A DNA stretch of 64,000 nt from Phycisphaeraceae bacterium (GCA_963674705.1 OY771506.1:1-64000); one strand, 5' to 3'. Counted from the stretch's first letter, positions 48,004 to 58,817 are shown. Notes: generated from the sequence alone by a model not told the origin. Numbers and translations are program-made.

Positions 48004-48566
48004 CAGAACCACAAAACACAACTGAATCCCGGAACAAAATGCCCGGCCTGATCGCGCTGATCCGTGAGGATTACAACAACCATGGTCGTGAGTTCACACG
48101 CCCGGGCTTCCGCGCGATGGCTGTGGCGCGCTTCGGTCAGTGGCGCATGGGTGTGAAACCAAAAATCCTGCGTGCGCCGCTTAGCGTGCTGTACCGCATG
48201 ATGTACCGGCGGATACGTAATCACTACGGCATCGAACTGCCTTACGCGACAGAGCTTGGGCGTAACGTCATTCTCGAACATCAGCATGGGATCGTGATCC
48301 ACGGCTGTGCGAAGATCGGCGACGGCTGCGTCATCCGCCAGGGCGTGACCATCGGAAACCGCACGCTCGATAAACCGCTCGAAGCACCGACACTCGGTAA
48401 AAACGTGAACGTCGGCGCAGGCGCGAAAGTGCTGGGCGGGATCACGATCGGCGATAATGCGGTGATCGGCGCGAACGCGGTCGTGCTCAAGGATGTGCCG
48501 GCCGGTGCGTTGGCGGTCGGTGTGCCGGCGGTGATCAAGATGAAGAAGGGGGAAGCCGAAGCGTGA
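48000..48566 (+). CDS. Serine acetyltransferase-like (CysE/WcaB-type) acetyltransferase
   Basis: HQHGIVIH, RQGVTIG, VGAGAKVLG and VGVPA motifs. Confidence 0.85.
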   Translation: MTEPQNTTESRNKMPGLIALIREDYNNHGREFTRPGFRAMAVARFGQWRMGVKPKILRAPLSVLYRMMYRRIRNHYGIELPYATELGRNVILEHQHGIVIHGCAKIGDGCVIRQGVTIGNRTLDKPLEAPTLGKNVNVGAGAKVLGGITIGDNAVIGANAVVLKDVPAGALAVGVPAVIKMKKGEAEA

Positions 48567-49600
48567 GTGATATTACCCCCCTACCCGATGTCGGCGCTGT
48601 TTTGATCGGCCGCAATGAAGGCGCGGCGCTACGGCTGTGTTTGCAGAGCATCGTGTCGCGCGTCGCGGCGGTGGTGTACGTCGACTCGGGTTCGACCGAT
48701 GGCAGCGTGGAATATGCCAAGAGTCTTGGGGTGGAGGTCGTCGATCTGGATACATCCGTTCCATTCACCGCGGCACGAGCGCGCGACGCGGGGCTTTCGC
48801 GGCTTCTTGAAATGAAGACCGACCTTGTCTATGTGCAGTTCGTTGATGGTGATTGCGAGGTCAACGAAAACTGGCTCACGACGGCACACGAGGCTTTGGA
48901 AAGTGAAGAGAAACTCGCCGTGGTATGCGGACGCCGACGCGAACGCTTCCCCGATGCGACGAAGTATAACCGCCACTGCGATATGGAATGGGATACACCC
49001 GTCGGCGAAGCGAAGGCGTGTGGCGGCGATTCGATGATGAAGATCGAGGCGTACAAGCAGGCTGGCGGGTTTAACACGAAACTCATCTGCGGCGAAGAAC
49101 CCGAGCTTTGTATCCGAATACGTGCAGCGGGCTGGAAGGTGAAGCGCCTGGACGCTGAGATGACGCTGCATGATGCGAAGATGACGAAGTTCAGCCAGTT
49201 CTGGAAACGGTCCGTGCGAGGCGGCTGGGCGTATGCTGAGGGGTATGCGATGCACGGCAAGCCGCCGGAGAAACACTGCGTCCGCCAGTATTACAACACC
49301 TGGTTTTACGGGGCGATCCTGCCGATTTTGCTGCTATTGTTAGCGTTACCGACGCTTGGATTGAGTTTGCTGCTGGGCGTGGTGGTCTATTCGCGACACA
49401 TTTGGAAGGTCCGAAATGATCGGCTGTGGCGTGGCGACGATCGCTATCACGCGTTGACGTATGCCAAACTCGCCACGATCGCTAAACTCCCCGAGGCCAT
49501 CGGCCAAATGAAGTACTGGCTGACACGCTGGCGGGGCAAGCAGGCCACCTTAATCGAGTACAAACCACAAGGCGCAAAAGCGCAGACCGGAGAAGCGTAA
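48563..49600 (+). CDS. Glycosyltransferase family 2
   Basis: IGRNEG, VDSGSTD, FVDGD and GEEPE motifs. Confidence 0.88.
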   Translation: MSDITPLPDVGAVLIGRNEGAALRLCLQSIVSRVAAVVYVDSGSTDGSVEYAKSLGVEVVDLDTSVPFTAARARDAGLSRLLEMKTDLVYVQFVDGDCEVNENWLTTAHEALESEEKLAVVCGRRRERFPDATKYNRHCDMEWDTPVGEAKACGGDSMMKIEAYKQAGGFNTKLICGEEPELCIRIRAAGWKVKRLDAEMTLHDAKMTKFSQFWKRSVRGGWAYAEGYAMHGKPPEKHCVRQYYNTWFYGAILPILLLLLALPTLGLSLLLGVVVYSRHIWKVRNDRLWRGDDRYHALTYAKLATIAKLPEAIGQMKYWLTRWRGKQATLIEYKPQGAKAQTGEA

Positions 49601-50644
49601 GTGAAGTCTGCCGTTATCGGGACAGGCGAGATCTCGGCCGAGCACCTCGGCTACCTGGCGAAGAGCACCGCTATCAATCTGGTGGGTGTGTGCGATCTGT
49701 CGCGCGCCGCCGCGGAGTATGCCGCGAAGTCGTTCGGGGCGGCCAAGGCGTACATGGATTACAAGCAGATGCTCGACGAGGCGAAGCCGGATGTCGTGCA
49801 TGTCTTGACGCCGCCGCAAACGCACGTGCCGATCTCGATGGATTGCCTGGATGCCGGGGCGCACGTGATCTGCGAGAAGCCGATCACGCTGGGCCACAGT
49901 GAGTTCGTCAAGCTCTACGAACACGCCAAGAGCAAGAACAAGTGCCTCGTCGAAGATCACAATTATCGCTTTAACCGCCCGATTCTCGAGATCGAACGAT
50001 TGCGCAAGGACGGCGTGCTTGGCGAGGTGATGGAAGTCGACGTGCGGATGGCGTTGAAGATCCGCGACGGCGGACGATTTGCCGACCGTAACCTGCCGAA
50101 CCCGGCACACAAGCTGCCGGCCGGTGTGATCCACGACTTTATCACGCACCTGACGTACCTGGCACTCAACTTCATTCCGGATCCTGACAAGGTCAGCGCC
50201 GCATGGACAAATCATGGCAATGATGATCTGTTCAAGTATGACGACCTGGATGCGATCTTGATCGCGGGTGAGAAGCACGCGAGGATACGCTTCAGTTGCC
50301 GAACGGCGCCGGATGTGTTTGCCGTGACGGTACGTGGGACGAAGGGCGAGGTACAGACAGATCTTTTCCATCCGTTCATGCGTCTGCTTAAGCCGCGTGT
50401 GGGTGGATCGAAGTTGTCGCCGGTGACGAATCAGTTTGCTAATGGTGCGCAGTTGATGAGTTCATCGTTTAAGACGCTTTGGAACAAACTGATGCAGCGG
50501 ACGCCTTACGAAGGGCTGCATCGATTTCTGGATCAGACGTACGATGCATTGAAGCGTGAGGTGCAGCCGCCCGTGACGTTTGAGGATATGGACAGGACAA
50601 GCCGGGTGATCGACCAGATGTTGGCGGAGGAGAACCGGGCATGA
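49601..50644 (+). CDS. Gfo/Idh/MocA-family oxidoreductase
   Basis: IGTGEIS, TPPQTH, CEKP and DFITH motifs. Confidence 0.88.
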   Translation: MKSAVIGTGEISAEHLGYLAKSTAINLVGVCDLSRAAAEYAAKSFGAAKAYMDYKQMLDEAKPDVVHVLTPPQTHVPISMDCLDAGAHVICEKPITLGHSEFVKLYEHAKSKNKCLVEDHNYRFNRPILEIERLRKDGVLGEVMEVDVRMALKIRDGGRFADRNLPNPAHKLPAGVIHDFITHLTYLALNFIPDPDKVSAAWTNHGNDDLFKYDDLDAILIAGEKHARIRFSCRTAPDVFAVTVRGTKGEVQTDLFHPFMRLLKPRVGGSKLSPVTNQFANGAQLMSSSFKTLWNKLMQRTPYEGLHRFLDQTYDALKREVQPPVTFEDMDRTSRVIDQMLAEENRA

Positions 50645-51732
50645 AGCTATTAGTCACAGGTGCATCCGGCTTTCTCGGCAGGCACATCGTCGCACAGGCG
50701 GTGCGGCGTGGGCATACGGTTCGCGCGCAGGTCAGGCCGGTGAGTAAGATTGAAGAGCTGGGATGGGAAGAAAACCCGAATGTAGAAGTCGAGCGCTGCG
50801 ATCTGCGCAGCAAGGTGGGGCTTGATGATCTGGTGCGCGGCTGCGACGCCGTCATCAGCAACGCGGCGTGCAAGGCGGGCGATTTTTACACGCAGTTTGC
50901 CGGGACGGTCATCACGACGGAGAACGTGCTGAATGCAATGGCTGAGGTCGGCGTCAAGCGATTGGTGGCGGTGAGTACGTTCTCGGTCTACGGCTTCATG
51001 AAGATGCGCGATGGTGCATTGCTTGATGAAAACGCGCCGCTCGATGATGACCCGATGGACCGCGATGAATACGCACAGACCAAGCTCGAACAGGAAGCGC
51101 TCGCACACCGTTTTGCCAAGGAACACGATGGTAAGGTGACAGTCGTGCGTCCGGGCGTGGTGTATGGCAAAGACAACACGTGGACCGCACGTATCGGCGC
51201 CGAACTCGGTGCGGATAAGTGCATGGTGATCGGCGGCGGGACGATTTTGCCTTTGACGTATGTCGAGAACTGCGCCGAGGCGATTGTTGTTTGCGCTGAG
51301 GAAGACAAAGCGATCGGGCAGATTTACAACATCGTCGATGACAACCTGCCAACGCATCGCGGGTATATCAAGGCGCTCAACAAGCACCGTAAGCCGAAGA
51401 TGAAGACACGGCCGATGTCGTGGAAGCTGTGGCGTTTTGTCTCGGCGTTCGGGTTGTTTGTGAATAAGGTGTTCCTCGGCAGGCAGGCGAAGGTGCCTTC
51501 GATCTTGCGGCCGGCGGCTCTGCATGCACGATGCAAGCCCGCGAAGTACACCAACGCGAAGCTCAACGAACTCGGCTGGACACAACAGGTCGATCTGGAA
51601 GAAGCGCTGAAACGCAGCTTTGAAGACAAGGATTATGCAGCGCTGAACGAGAAAGCAGAGACGCATCCACAGGATACAACAGAAGCCAAAACAAACATCG
51701 ATCAGAACAACGAAACTCGCACATGCGCATAG
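50641..51732 (+). CDS. NAD-dependent epimerase/dehydratase
   Basis: VTGASGFLG; YAQTK; RPGVVYG. Confidence 0.9.
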   Translation: MKLLVTGASGFLGRHIVAQAVRRGHTVRAQVRPVSKIEELGWEENPNVEVERCDLRSKVGLDDLVRGCDAVISNAACKAGDFYTQFAGTVITTENVLNAMAEVGVKRLVAVSTFSVYGFMKMRDGALLDENAPLDDDPMDRDEYAQTKLEQEALAHRFAKEHDGKVTVVRPGVVYGKDNTWTARIGAELGADKCMVIGGGTILPLTYVENCAEAIVVCAEEDKAIGQIYNIVDDNLPTHRGYIKALNKHRKPKMKTRPMSWKLWRFVSAFGLFVNKVFLGRQAKVPSILRPAALHARCKPAKYTNAKLNELGWTQQVDLEEALKRSFEDKDYAALNEKAETHPQDTTEAKTNIDQNNETRTCA

Positions 51733-52952
51733 CCTACCTGACAGGCCAATACCCCCGGGCGACCGACACGTTTATCCAGCGTGAGGTTGCTGCGCTGCGC
51801 GAGGCGGGCGTGCATGTGCAGACGTTTTCGGTGCGGAAACCGGCGGTTGATGAGAACGTCGGGCCTGAAACAAAAGCGGAACGCGAGCGAACGACCTATA
51901 TCCTGCCTGCAAAACTGGGGCAATTGCTGGCAACCGGTGCCAGGTTGAAGCTCGGTTCGCCCGGCCGATACTTCCGCGGCTTGAAGCTGGCATTAAAAGT
52001 CCGGCAGCCGGGAATAAAGGGCTTACTCTACGGCCTGTTCTACTTCGTCGAAGCGGGTTTGCTCGCCGAGATGATGCGCAAAGAAAAGTTGACGCATCTG
52101 CATAACCACTTCGGGGATTCAAGCTGCACGGTTGCGATGCTCGCCGCGGAGCTGGGTGGGTTTACGTTCAGCTTCAGCCTGCACGGGCCCGGCATTTTCT
52201 TCGAGCCGTTCACGTGGCGGCTGGATGAGAAGCTCAAGCGAGCGCTGTTTGTTTCCAACATCAGCTACTTCTGTCGAAGCCAGGCGATGATCTTCTGCCC
52301 GCCGGAGAAGTGGGACCGGCTGCACATCATTCATTGCGGGGTCGATCCTGCATTGTTTAAGCCTGTTGAGCATCAGGGTAAAGGTAAACGGTTGCTGACG
52401 GTCGGACGCATGGCGTCGGTCAAGGGCATGCCCGTGTTGCTTGAAGCGATCAAGCAGTTGCAAGCGGATCATCCGGAGTTAAAACTGATCGTTGTCGGTG
52501 ACGGACCGGAGCGAAAAGACTTTGAAAGCCGTGCGGCTGCGCTGGGTATCGCGGAGCGTGTGGACTTTGTTGGCTATCAATCACAAGCCGAGGTTCGGCA
52601 GCGTTTGAGCGAGACGGATGTATTCGTGCTGCCGAGTTTTGCCGAAGGTGTGCCGGTCGTATTGATGGAAGCGATGGCAGCGGGTGTGCCCCCGGTGACA
52701 ACGCGTATCGCGGGTGTCGCAGAACTGATCGACGACGACGTGAACGGCAAACTCGTTCCGCCGGGTGATTGTAAATCACTGGCTTGTGCGATTGATGCGT
52801 TATTGAATGATGCTGATATGCGTAACACGTTCGGCAAAGCCGGGCACGAAAAGGTTGCAGCAGAGTTCAACATCACGAAAGAATCGGACTGGCTGCGGCG
52901 CGTGATAACGTCGGCGTTAGATGGCAAGGTCGAAACGATCAGGCCTGAATAG
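51723..52952 (+). CDS. Glycosyltransferase family 4 (WcaL-like)
   Basis: TFIQREV, HLHNHF and EGVPVVLMEAMA motifs. Confidence 0.9.
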   Translation: MRIAYLTGQYPRATDTFIQREVAALREAGVHVQTFSVRKPAVDENVGPETKAERERTTYILPAKLGQLLATGARLKLGSPGRYFRGLKLALKVRQPGIKGLLYGLFYFVEAGLLAEMMRKEKLTHLHNHFGDSSCTVAMLAAELGGFTFSFSLHGPGIFFEPFTWRLDEKLKRALFVSNISYFCRSQAMIFCPPEKWDRLHIIHCGVDPALFKPVEHQGKGKRLLTVGRMASVKGMPVLLEAIKQLQADHPELKLIVVGDGPERKDFESRAAALGIAERVDFVGYQSQAEVRQRLSETDVFVLPSFAEGVPVVLMEAMAAGVPPVTTRIAGVAELIDDDVNGKLVPPGDCKSLACAIDALLNDADMRNTFGKAGHEKVAAEFNITKESDWLRRVITSALDGKVETIRPE

Positions 52953-52963
52953 AATAAGAAGTT

Positions 52964-53134
52964 GCCACGAAAAGGTACAAAAGACACAAATAAAGAACCA
53001 TAATAGAACCAGGAATTAATCGGCAATCAGGCAATCAGAATATGTAAGGTTAAACGGCCCTCACCCTAGCCCTCTCCCGAGGGGAGAGGAGACAAGAAAC
53101 CGGCCGATTTGTGTGTTTTGTGCCTTTTTGTGGC
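52964..53134. repeat. Nested intergenic repeat: inverted GCCACRAAAAGGYACAAAA arms enclosing a CCCTCACCC..CCCTCTCCC..GGGAGAGG element
   Basis: Arms at 52964-52990 and 53108-53134; inner element at 53058-53092, also seen at 23913-23947 and reversed at 12921-12958. Confidence 0.75.
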
Positions 53135-53152
53135 TAATTATCAGGAATCACT

Positions 53153-54367
53153 TTGACACTCACAATCCACATTCTGCTCTGGCTCGTTGCATGCGTTGTC
53201 AGTGCGCCGTTATGGGTATTGGTGATGCAGTGTCTGATCGGATTCCTACCGGCACGGCGCTTAGGTGTGAATGGAAAGCAAACGCCTTCGCTTGTCGTAC
53301 TGGTGCCTGCACACAATGAAGAACCGGTGATCGGCAAGACACTGGATTCACTGAAAGCGTCGCTACCCGACAACGGGCGTATCCTTGTGATCGCGGACAA
53401 CTGTTCGGACCATACGGCAGACATCGTGCGAGAGCACGGCGCGGATGTGCTGGAACGTGACGACACGGTGAACCGCGGCAAAGGCTTTGCCTTAGCCTAC
53501 GGCTTGCAGACGCTGGAAAATGATCCGCCACAGGTTGTGCTGATCGTCGATGCGGATTGTGAGGTTACACCCAATGCACTCAGTGAGCTCGCTCGAACGG
53601 CTGTAGCATGCAGTCGACCGGTGCAAGGTGTTTATCTGTTGCGTACGCCGGATGCGCATGATCCGAAGGCGGTGGTGTCTGCCTTTGCGTTTATGGTGAA
53701 GAACCAGGCGCGGCCGCGCGGGATGGATCGGCTGAACCTGCCGATCCCGCTGACCGGGTCGGGCATGGCATTCCCATATGAACAGATCAAAAATGCCAAC
53801 CTCGCGACGGGAAACATCGTCGAAGATTTAGCGCTCGGTTTGGAACTGGCGGAGCAGGGGCACGGGCCCGTGTTGTGCGATGCGGTACGTATCACGGGCG
53901 CGTTGCCCGAAGCGGGCGAAGCGGCAGTCACGCAACGGACACGCTGGGAGCACGGCTACATATCAACGCTGTTAAGCACCGCCCCACGGCTTTTCTTCAA
54001 GGGATTATTCGGATTCAAGCCGATGCTGATCGCCGCGGCGGTTGACCTGGCAGTACCACCTTTGTCGCTGCTTGTGATGGGCGCGTTGGCAGCATTATTC
54101 GGTTGCGCAGTTATCGGATGGTGGTTTGCTTTACTTGGCCCGGCGGTCTTGATCGCGGGATCATTAATGTGGGCGGCCGTGATTCTGATTCTATGCTGGG
54201 CGGTGTATGCCCGGGATTGGCTGCCGTTTAGCGCGATATTGGCGATTCCCGGGTACATTCTGTGGAAGCTGCCGATTTATTTGAAGTTCGTTAAAAGACG
54301 CGAAAAGAGCTGGGTACGCACGGAACGCGGGCCCGGGCAAGCAGATAACGGCACAAGTGGCGGGTGA
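53153..54367 (+). CDS. Membrane glycosyltransferase family 2 (QxxRW type)
   Basis: PAHNEE, ADNCSD, VDAD, VEDL and QRTRW motifs. Confidence 0.88.
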   Translation: MTLTIHILLWLVACVVSAPLWVLVMQCLIGFLPARRLGVNGKQTPSLVVLVPAHNEEPVIGKTLDSLKASLPDNGRILVIADNCSDHTADIVREHGADVLERDDTVNRGKGFALAYGLQTLENDPPQVVLIVDADCEVTPNALSELARTAVACSRPVQGVYLLRTPDAHDPKAVVSAFAFMVKNQARPRGMDRLNLPIPLTGSGMAFPYEQIKNANLATGNIVEDLALGLELAEQGHGPVLCDAVRITGALPEAGEAAVTQRTRWEHGYISTLLSTAPRLFFKGLFGFKPMLIAAAVDLAVPPLSLLVMGALAALFGCAVIGWWFALLGPAVLIAGSLMWAAVILILCWAVYARDWLPFSAILAIPGYILWKLPIYLKFVKRREKSWVRTERGPGQADNGTSGG

Positions 54368-54426
54368 ACCCGGACGATGTAAGAACTTATCAGGCCCAAC
54401 GCGGCCGAACTGATTCAGGGATACGG

Positions 54427-55458
54427 ATGATGATCAAGCAAGAGAACGAACACGACAACCCGATCGACGTTTCGATCGTTGTACCTTTGTATAACGAAGA
54501 AGACAACGTCGAGCCGTTGTACAAAGAGATCGCCGAGGTGATGGACTCGCAGACGCTGCGCTACGAGGTGATCTTCATCGACGACGGCAGCCGGGACAAA
54601 ACGGTCGAGCGGATGCGTGCCGTGGCGGGCAATGATCCGCGTGTGACGCTGCTGCAGTTCATGAAGAACTTCGGGCAGACAGCATCCACTGCGGCCGGTA
54701 TCGACCACGCACGCGGCAAAGTCATCGTCCCGATGGACGGCGACTTACAAAACGATCCGCACGACATCCCCGCACTGGTCGCCAAGCTCGATGAAGGCGA
54801 CGGCTGGGATATCGTCAGTGGCTGGCGTAAGAATCGCCAGGACAAGCTGATGAGCCGGCGTTTGCCTTCGATCATCGCCAACCGGCTGGTGAAAAGATTG
54901 ACATGGACGACGGAGATCCATGACTTTGGCTGCTCGATGAAGGCATACCGCCGCGAGGTGCTGGAAGACGTGCGTATCTACGGCGAGATGCACCGGTTCC
55001 TGCCGGCGATCTGCAAGTGGCGCGGGGCGCGCATCACCGAGTCTGTTGTGAATCACCGGGCACGCGTCGCGGGTGAAAGCAAGTACGGACTGAAGCGCAC
55101 GATTAAGGTGCTCCTGGACCTGCTGACGGTTAAGTTTCTCGGGGATTATCTTGCCAAGCCGATCTACTTCTTCGGCAAGATTTCGATGGTCTGGACGGTG
55201 CTTTCTTTCCTGGCTGTGATGGTGGCGATCATCCAGAAGTTCGGCTTCCTGACCGAGCACGGGCACGCGGTCATGCTCAATGACAACGTGCTGGTGCTGT
55301 TTGCGATGATGACGTTCCTGATGGGCGTGATGTTCCTGATGCTCGGCGTGCTGGCGGAGTTGATGGCGCGTATTTATCACGAGAGCCAGGACCGCAAGCC
55401 TTACAAAGTTCGCCATATGTATAAGGGGCAGACGCCTGACGAGGCGAACGCTGCGTGA
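54427..55458 (+). CDS. Polyprenol-phosphate glycosyltransferase (GT2, ArnC/DPM1-like)
   Basis: PLYNEE, DDGSRD, NFGQTA, MDGDLQNDP and GEMHRF motifs; two C-terminal TM segments. Confidence 0.88.
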   Translation: MMIKQENEHDNPIDVSIVVPLYNEEDNVEPLYKEIAEVMDSQTLRYEVIFIDDGSRDKTVERMRAVAGNDPRVTLLQFMKNFGQTASTAAGIDHARGKVIVPMDGDLQNDPHDIPALVAKLDEGDGWDIVSGWRKNRQDKLMSRRLPSIIANRLVKRLTWTTEIHDFGCSMKAYRREVLEDVRIYGEMHRFLPAICKWRGARITESVVNHRARVAGESKYGLKRTIKVLLDLLTVKFLGDYLAKPIYFFGKISMVWTVLSFLAVMVAIIQKFGFLTEHGHAVMLNDNVLVLFAMMTFLMGVMFLMLGVLAELMARIYHESQDRKPYKVRHMYKGQTPDEANAA

Positions 55459-57194
55459 TAAACGCCATGCCTGAAACAGAGAAAGACAATGCGCCGCCGC
55501 TGGTGCGTGATGTGGATCGGCTTGCCTCGAGTGAGTTCGATGTGGTCGTGGTCGGCGGCGGTATCTATGGCGTGTGGGCGACGCTGGATGCGGCGCAGCG
55601 CGGATTGAAAGTGGCGCTTCTTGAACAGAACGACTTCGGTTCCGGGGCAAGTGCGAACAGCCAGCGCGTCGTGCACGGGGGACTGCGGTATCTGCAACAT
55701 GCGGACTTCAAGCGGATGCGTGAGTCGATCCGCGAACGCAGCAACATGCTCAGGCTGGCCGGTCACCTGGTCGAGCCGATGCCGTTTCTCGTACCGACGT
55801 ACGGGTTAGGCATGCGCGGCAAGCCCGCGATGTTCACGGCGATGAAGGTCAACGACTTTGTCAGCCGGGACCGCAACGACGGGCTGCATGATTCACAATT
55901 GCTTCCGAACGGGCGGCTGGTTTCTGTAGAGGAATGTCTGCAATATGCCCCGGGGCTTGAGAAGCAGGGGTTGACCGGCGGCGCGGTGTTTTACGATGCG
56001 CAGGTGAATAACTCCGAGCGGTTAGCGCTATCGGTGATCCGCAGTGCCGTCGCGGAAGGCGCACAGGTAGCGAACCATGTGCGTGTGACGGGCTTGTTGC
56101 GTGATGGCAGCAAGGTCACAGGCGTAACTGCTGAAGACAGGTTGACGGGCAAGACGTTTGAAGTGAAGGCAAAGGTGACGCTTGGCTGCGCCGGGCCATG
56201 GACGGGGCGAACGGGATCGCTGCCGGACGCCAATTCCAACGGGATGAAAACGAAGTACCCGATCCTGCGCGCGGTTGCTCTGGTGACGCGCGACCTGTTT
56301 GGCGGGATGGGACTCGCGGTCCCTTCACGTAAGGCACACAAGGATGAGAAGGAACTGATCAGCAAGGGCTTCCGCAACCTGTTTGTGACATCGTGGTGCG
56401 GTCTGTCTCTGGTCGGCACGTTTTACACGGATTACGAGGGTGATCCGGATGAGCTCTCGGTTTCGCCAGAAGAGGTAAGCGGATTTATTGAAGAATTCAA
56501 CCAGACATACCCGGCTGCAGGGCTGGCGTATGACGATGTGAAGTTCACGTTCATGGGCTTGCAGCCGAAGGCACCGGGTAATAGCAGCGGCGGCGAGCCG
56601 GTGTGCGAAAAACACTTCAAGCTGATCGATCACGCCAGGTCTGAAAAGCTCGATGGTTTGATCACCGCGCTGGGTGTGAAGTGGACGACGGCCCGCGATG
56701 TCGCGGAGCGTGCGATCGATATTGCCGCTCAGAAGCTTGGCAAACTCAACACCACTTGCCGTACACACAAGACATTGATCCATGGCTCACCAGAGAATGA
56801 TCCGGAAGAGGCGCTTTACGAAGCACAACAAAATAAGCCCGCTTGGGCAGACGATGCTTTGATTGCACACCTGTTCGCGACCTACGGCACGGCGTACACG
56901 CAAGTCCTCGACTTGGCGGAGTCCGACCCCACTTTGCAAATGCGTTTATCTGATGACCTGCCGACGATCGAGGCTCAGATCATTTATGCAGTCCGATACG
57001 AGATGGCGCTGACGTTGCTGGACGTGATCTATCAACGGATCGACATGGGTTTCCGCGGTTATCCAGGGGATGAATGCGTTCATCGCTGCGCACAACTCAT
57101 GGCTCAAACGATTAGCTGGTCTGATGCCAAGCGACCGGAAGAGATTGAGTTAGTTAAAACTGCGTATAAGCAACGCGGACTGAAAACCACTTAA
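55455..57194 (+). CDS. FAD-dependent glycerol-3-phosphate dehydrogenase/oxidase-like protein
   Basis: VGGGIYG, DFGSGASANS..VHGGLRYL and KWTTAR motifs. Confidence 0.82.
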   Translation: MINAMPETEKDNAPPLVRDVDRLASSEFDVVVVGGGIYGVWATLDAAQRGLKVALLEQNDFGSGASANSQRVVHGGLRYLQHADFKRMRESIRERSNMLRLAGHLVEPMPFLVPTYGLGMRGKPAMFTAMKVNDFVSRDRNDGLHDSQLLPNGRLVSVEECLQYAPGLEKQGLTGGAVFYDAQVNNSERLALSVIRSAVAEGAQVANHVRVTGLLRDGSKVTGVTAEDRLTGKTFEVKAKVTLGCAGPWTGRTGSLPDANSNGMKTKYPILRAVALVTRDLFGGMGLAVPSRKAHKDEKELISKGFRNLFVTSWCGLSLVGTFYTDYEGDPDELSVSPEEVSGFIEEFNQTYPAAGLAYDDVKFTFMGLQPKAPGNSSGGEPVCEKHFKLIDHARSEKLDGLITALGVKWTTARDVAERAIDIAAQKLGKLNTTCRTHKTLIHGSPENDPEEALYEAQQNKPAWADDALIAHLFATYGTAYTQVLDLAESDPTLQMRLSDDLPTIEAQIIYAVRYEMALTLLDVIYQRIDMGFRGYPGDECVHRCAQLMAQTISWSDAKRPEEIELVKTAYKQRGLKTT

Positions 57195-57494
57195 ATCACC
57201 CAGATTAACACGTGTCAATCTCTGCCCGTGTTAACAGGCGCCAATAGCTCCAACTATGCGGATTATGTTAATCGTAACATCTCTGATGTCACGTTATCTA
57301 CTGGCTTTATAGACTTTTGGGCTTTACCCGTTGGGTTTTGTGTTCTACAATAGTTGGATAGGCAACCTATACTTGCAGGGTTTTTCAGCCGGTGGGAGTT
57401 AGTGTTAACCCGTATCGGATTAACCATATAAGCCGCGAAGAATCCGAACATCAACAGATCGGCTAGACCACTAACCCACACGGAGGGGTTATAC

Positions 57495-58817
57495 ATGAAC
57501 AGGTTCGGTGTCCGTACTTCAATGGATCGCACATGCTTCCTCGGAGCCGTATCAGCGTTGGCTTTAGGCCTGACTGTAACGGGATCAACCGAGGCGGCGC
57601 TCAATATCCTGCCTATGGGTGACTCGATCACGTACGGCCTGCAGTCTACGGATGGCAGCGGGTATCGCGGTCCGCTTCAAGCCCTGCTTAACGGCACCGA
57701 CACGCAGTACGACATCGTCGGCACCCTTCAGGATGGACCCGTAAATATCGATCAGGACCACTTCGGTATCTCCGGGATCAAGGCTCACGACTTCGGCAAC
57801 GTCAACAAAAGCCTGCTTCGTCAGTTGCAAATCCAAAATGTATTCCCAACGCTCAGCGGTAGCAGTGACTATCCGGACGTGATCCTGCTTCACATCGGAT
57901 CGAACTCGTTCAACGGCGGCGGCGGCGGTGACCCGGCCGGTGTCGAACTGGACTTCCTGCTGCAGGGCCTGACCGAAACAAACCCGGCAAGTGACTTCTA
58001 CATGGGCGCTGACGGCGATCACGACATCATCGTCGCCCGAATCATCCCTAAGGCAGGCAGTACCACGACGATGAACACCGACGGCGGGGTGTATTCAGAC
58101 CTGACCCAACACCAGGCGCGTGTTAAATCCAGCTTCGATTACAACTACGGTGGTGCGTCCAACCCCAACTGGGCCAACGGCATCGAATCCGTCATCACCA
58201 GCCGGACGCGTTACCTCGACCGTATCTCGATGGTGGACATGTTCCGCATTGATATGGCTTCACTAAACCTGGAATATCTGCTGAACGTGTTTGGCGGCGA
58301 TCTGGGGATCACCACGACCCAGGAAATGTACGACATCCTCAGCCCCGAAGATGACACCCTGCACGGCAACGCCTATGACGTCGTCGACTGGGTGTTGAAT
58401 TACGACGAGTTCAACAACACATTCGGCGCCGGGACAGATGGGGTGAACCTCGATCTGTATGCGGCGGGCGACACCATCCACCCAAGCGACCTCGGTTATG
58501 CCATCATGGCACAGGTCTGGTTTAATGCCGGTCTGGAGCAGTTGCTTGGTGATATCAACGGCGACGGATTTGTCGGGCTGGATGATCTGAACATCGTACT
58601 GATCAACTGGAACCAGACTGTTACCGTTGGCGATGAATCGATGGGCGACCTGACGAACGATGGTTACGTGGGGCTGGACGATCTGGATATTATCCTGAGT
58701 AACTGGAACGCAGGCGTAGCTCCCCCACCGTCCGTGATGGCGATTGTGCCGGAGCCGGCCACGCTGAGCCTGATGGCGCTGACAGGGGTCGCGGCGATGC
58801 GTCGCAGGGTCCGATAG
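57495..58817 (+). CDS. Secreted SGNH esterase + dockerin-like domain + PEP-CTERM
   Basis: MGDSIT, HIGSN and DTIHP motifs; GDINGDGFVGLDDLN; VPEP-TM-RRRVR. Confidence 0.85.
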   Translation: MNRFGVRTSMDRTCFLGAVSALALGLTVTGSTEAALNILPMGDSITYGLQSTDGSGYRGPLQALLNGTDTQYDIVGTLQDGPVNIDQDHFGISGIKAHDFGNVNKSLLRQLQIQNVFPTLSGSSDYPDVILLHIGSNSFNGGGGGDPAGVELDFLLQGLTETNPASDFYMGADGDHDIIVARIIPKAGSTTTMNTDGGVYSDLTQHQARVKSSFDYNYGGASNPNWANGIESVITSRTRYLDRISMVDMFRIDMASLNLEYLLNVFGGDLGITTTQEMYDILSPEDDTLHGNAYDVVDWVLNYDEFNNTFGAGTDGVNLDLYAAGDTIHPSDLGYAIMAQVWFNAGLEQLLGDINGDGFVGLDDLNIVLINWNQTVTVGDESMGDLTNDGYVGLDDLDIILSNWNAGVAPPPSVMAIVPEPATLSLMALTGVAAMRRRVR

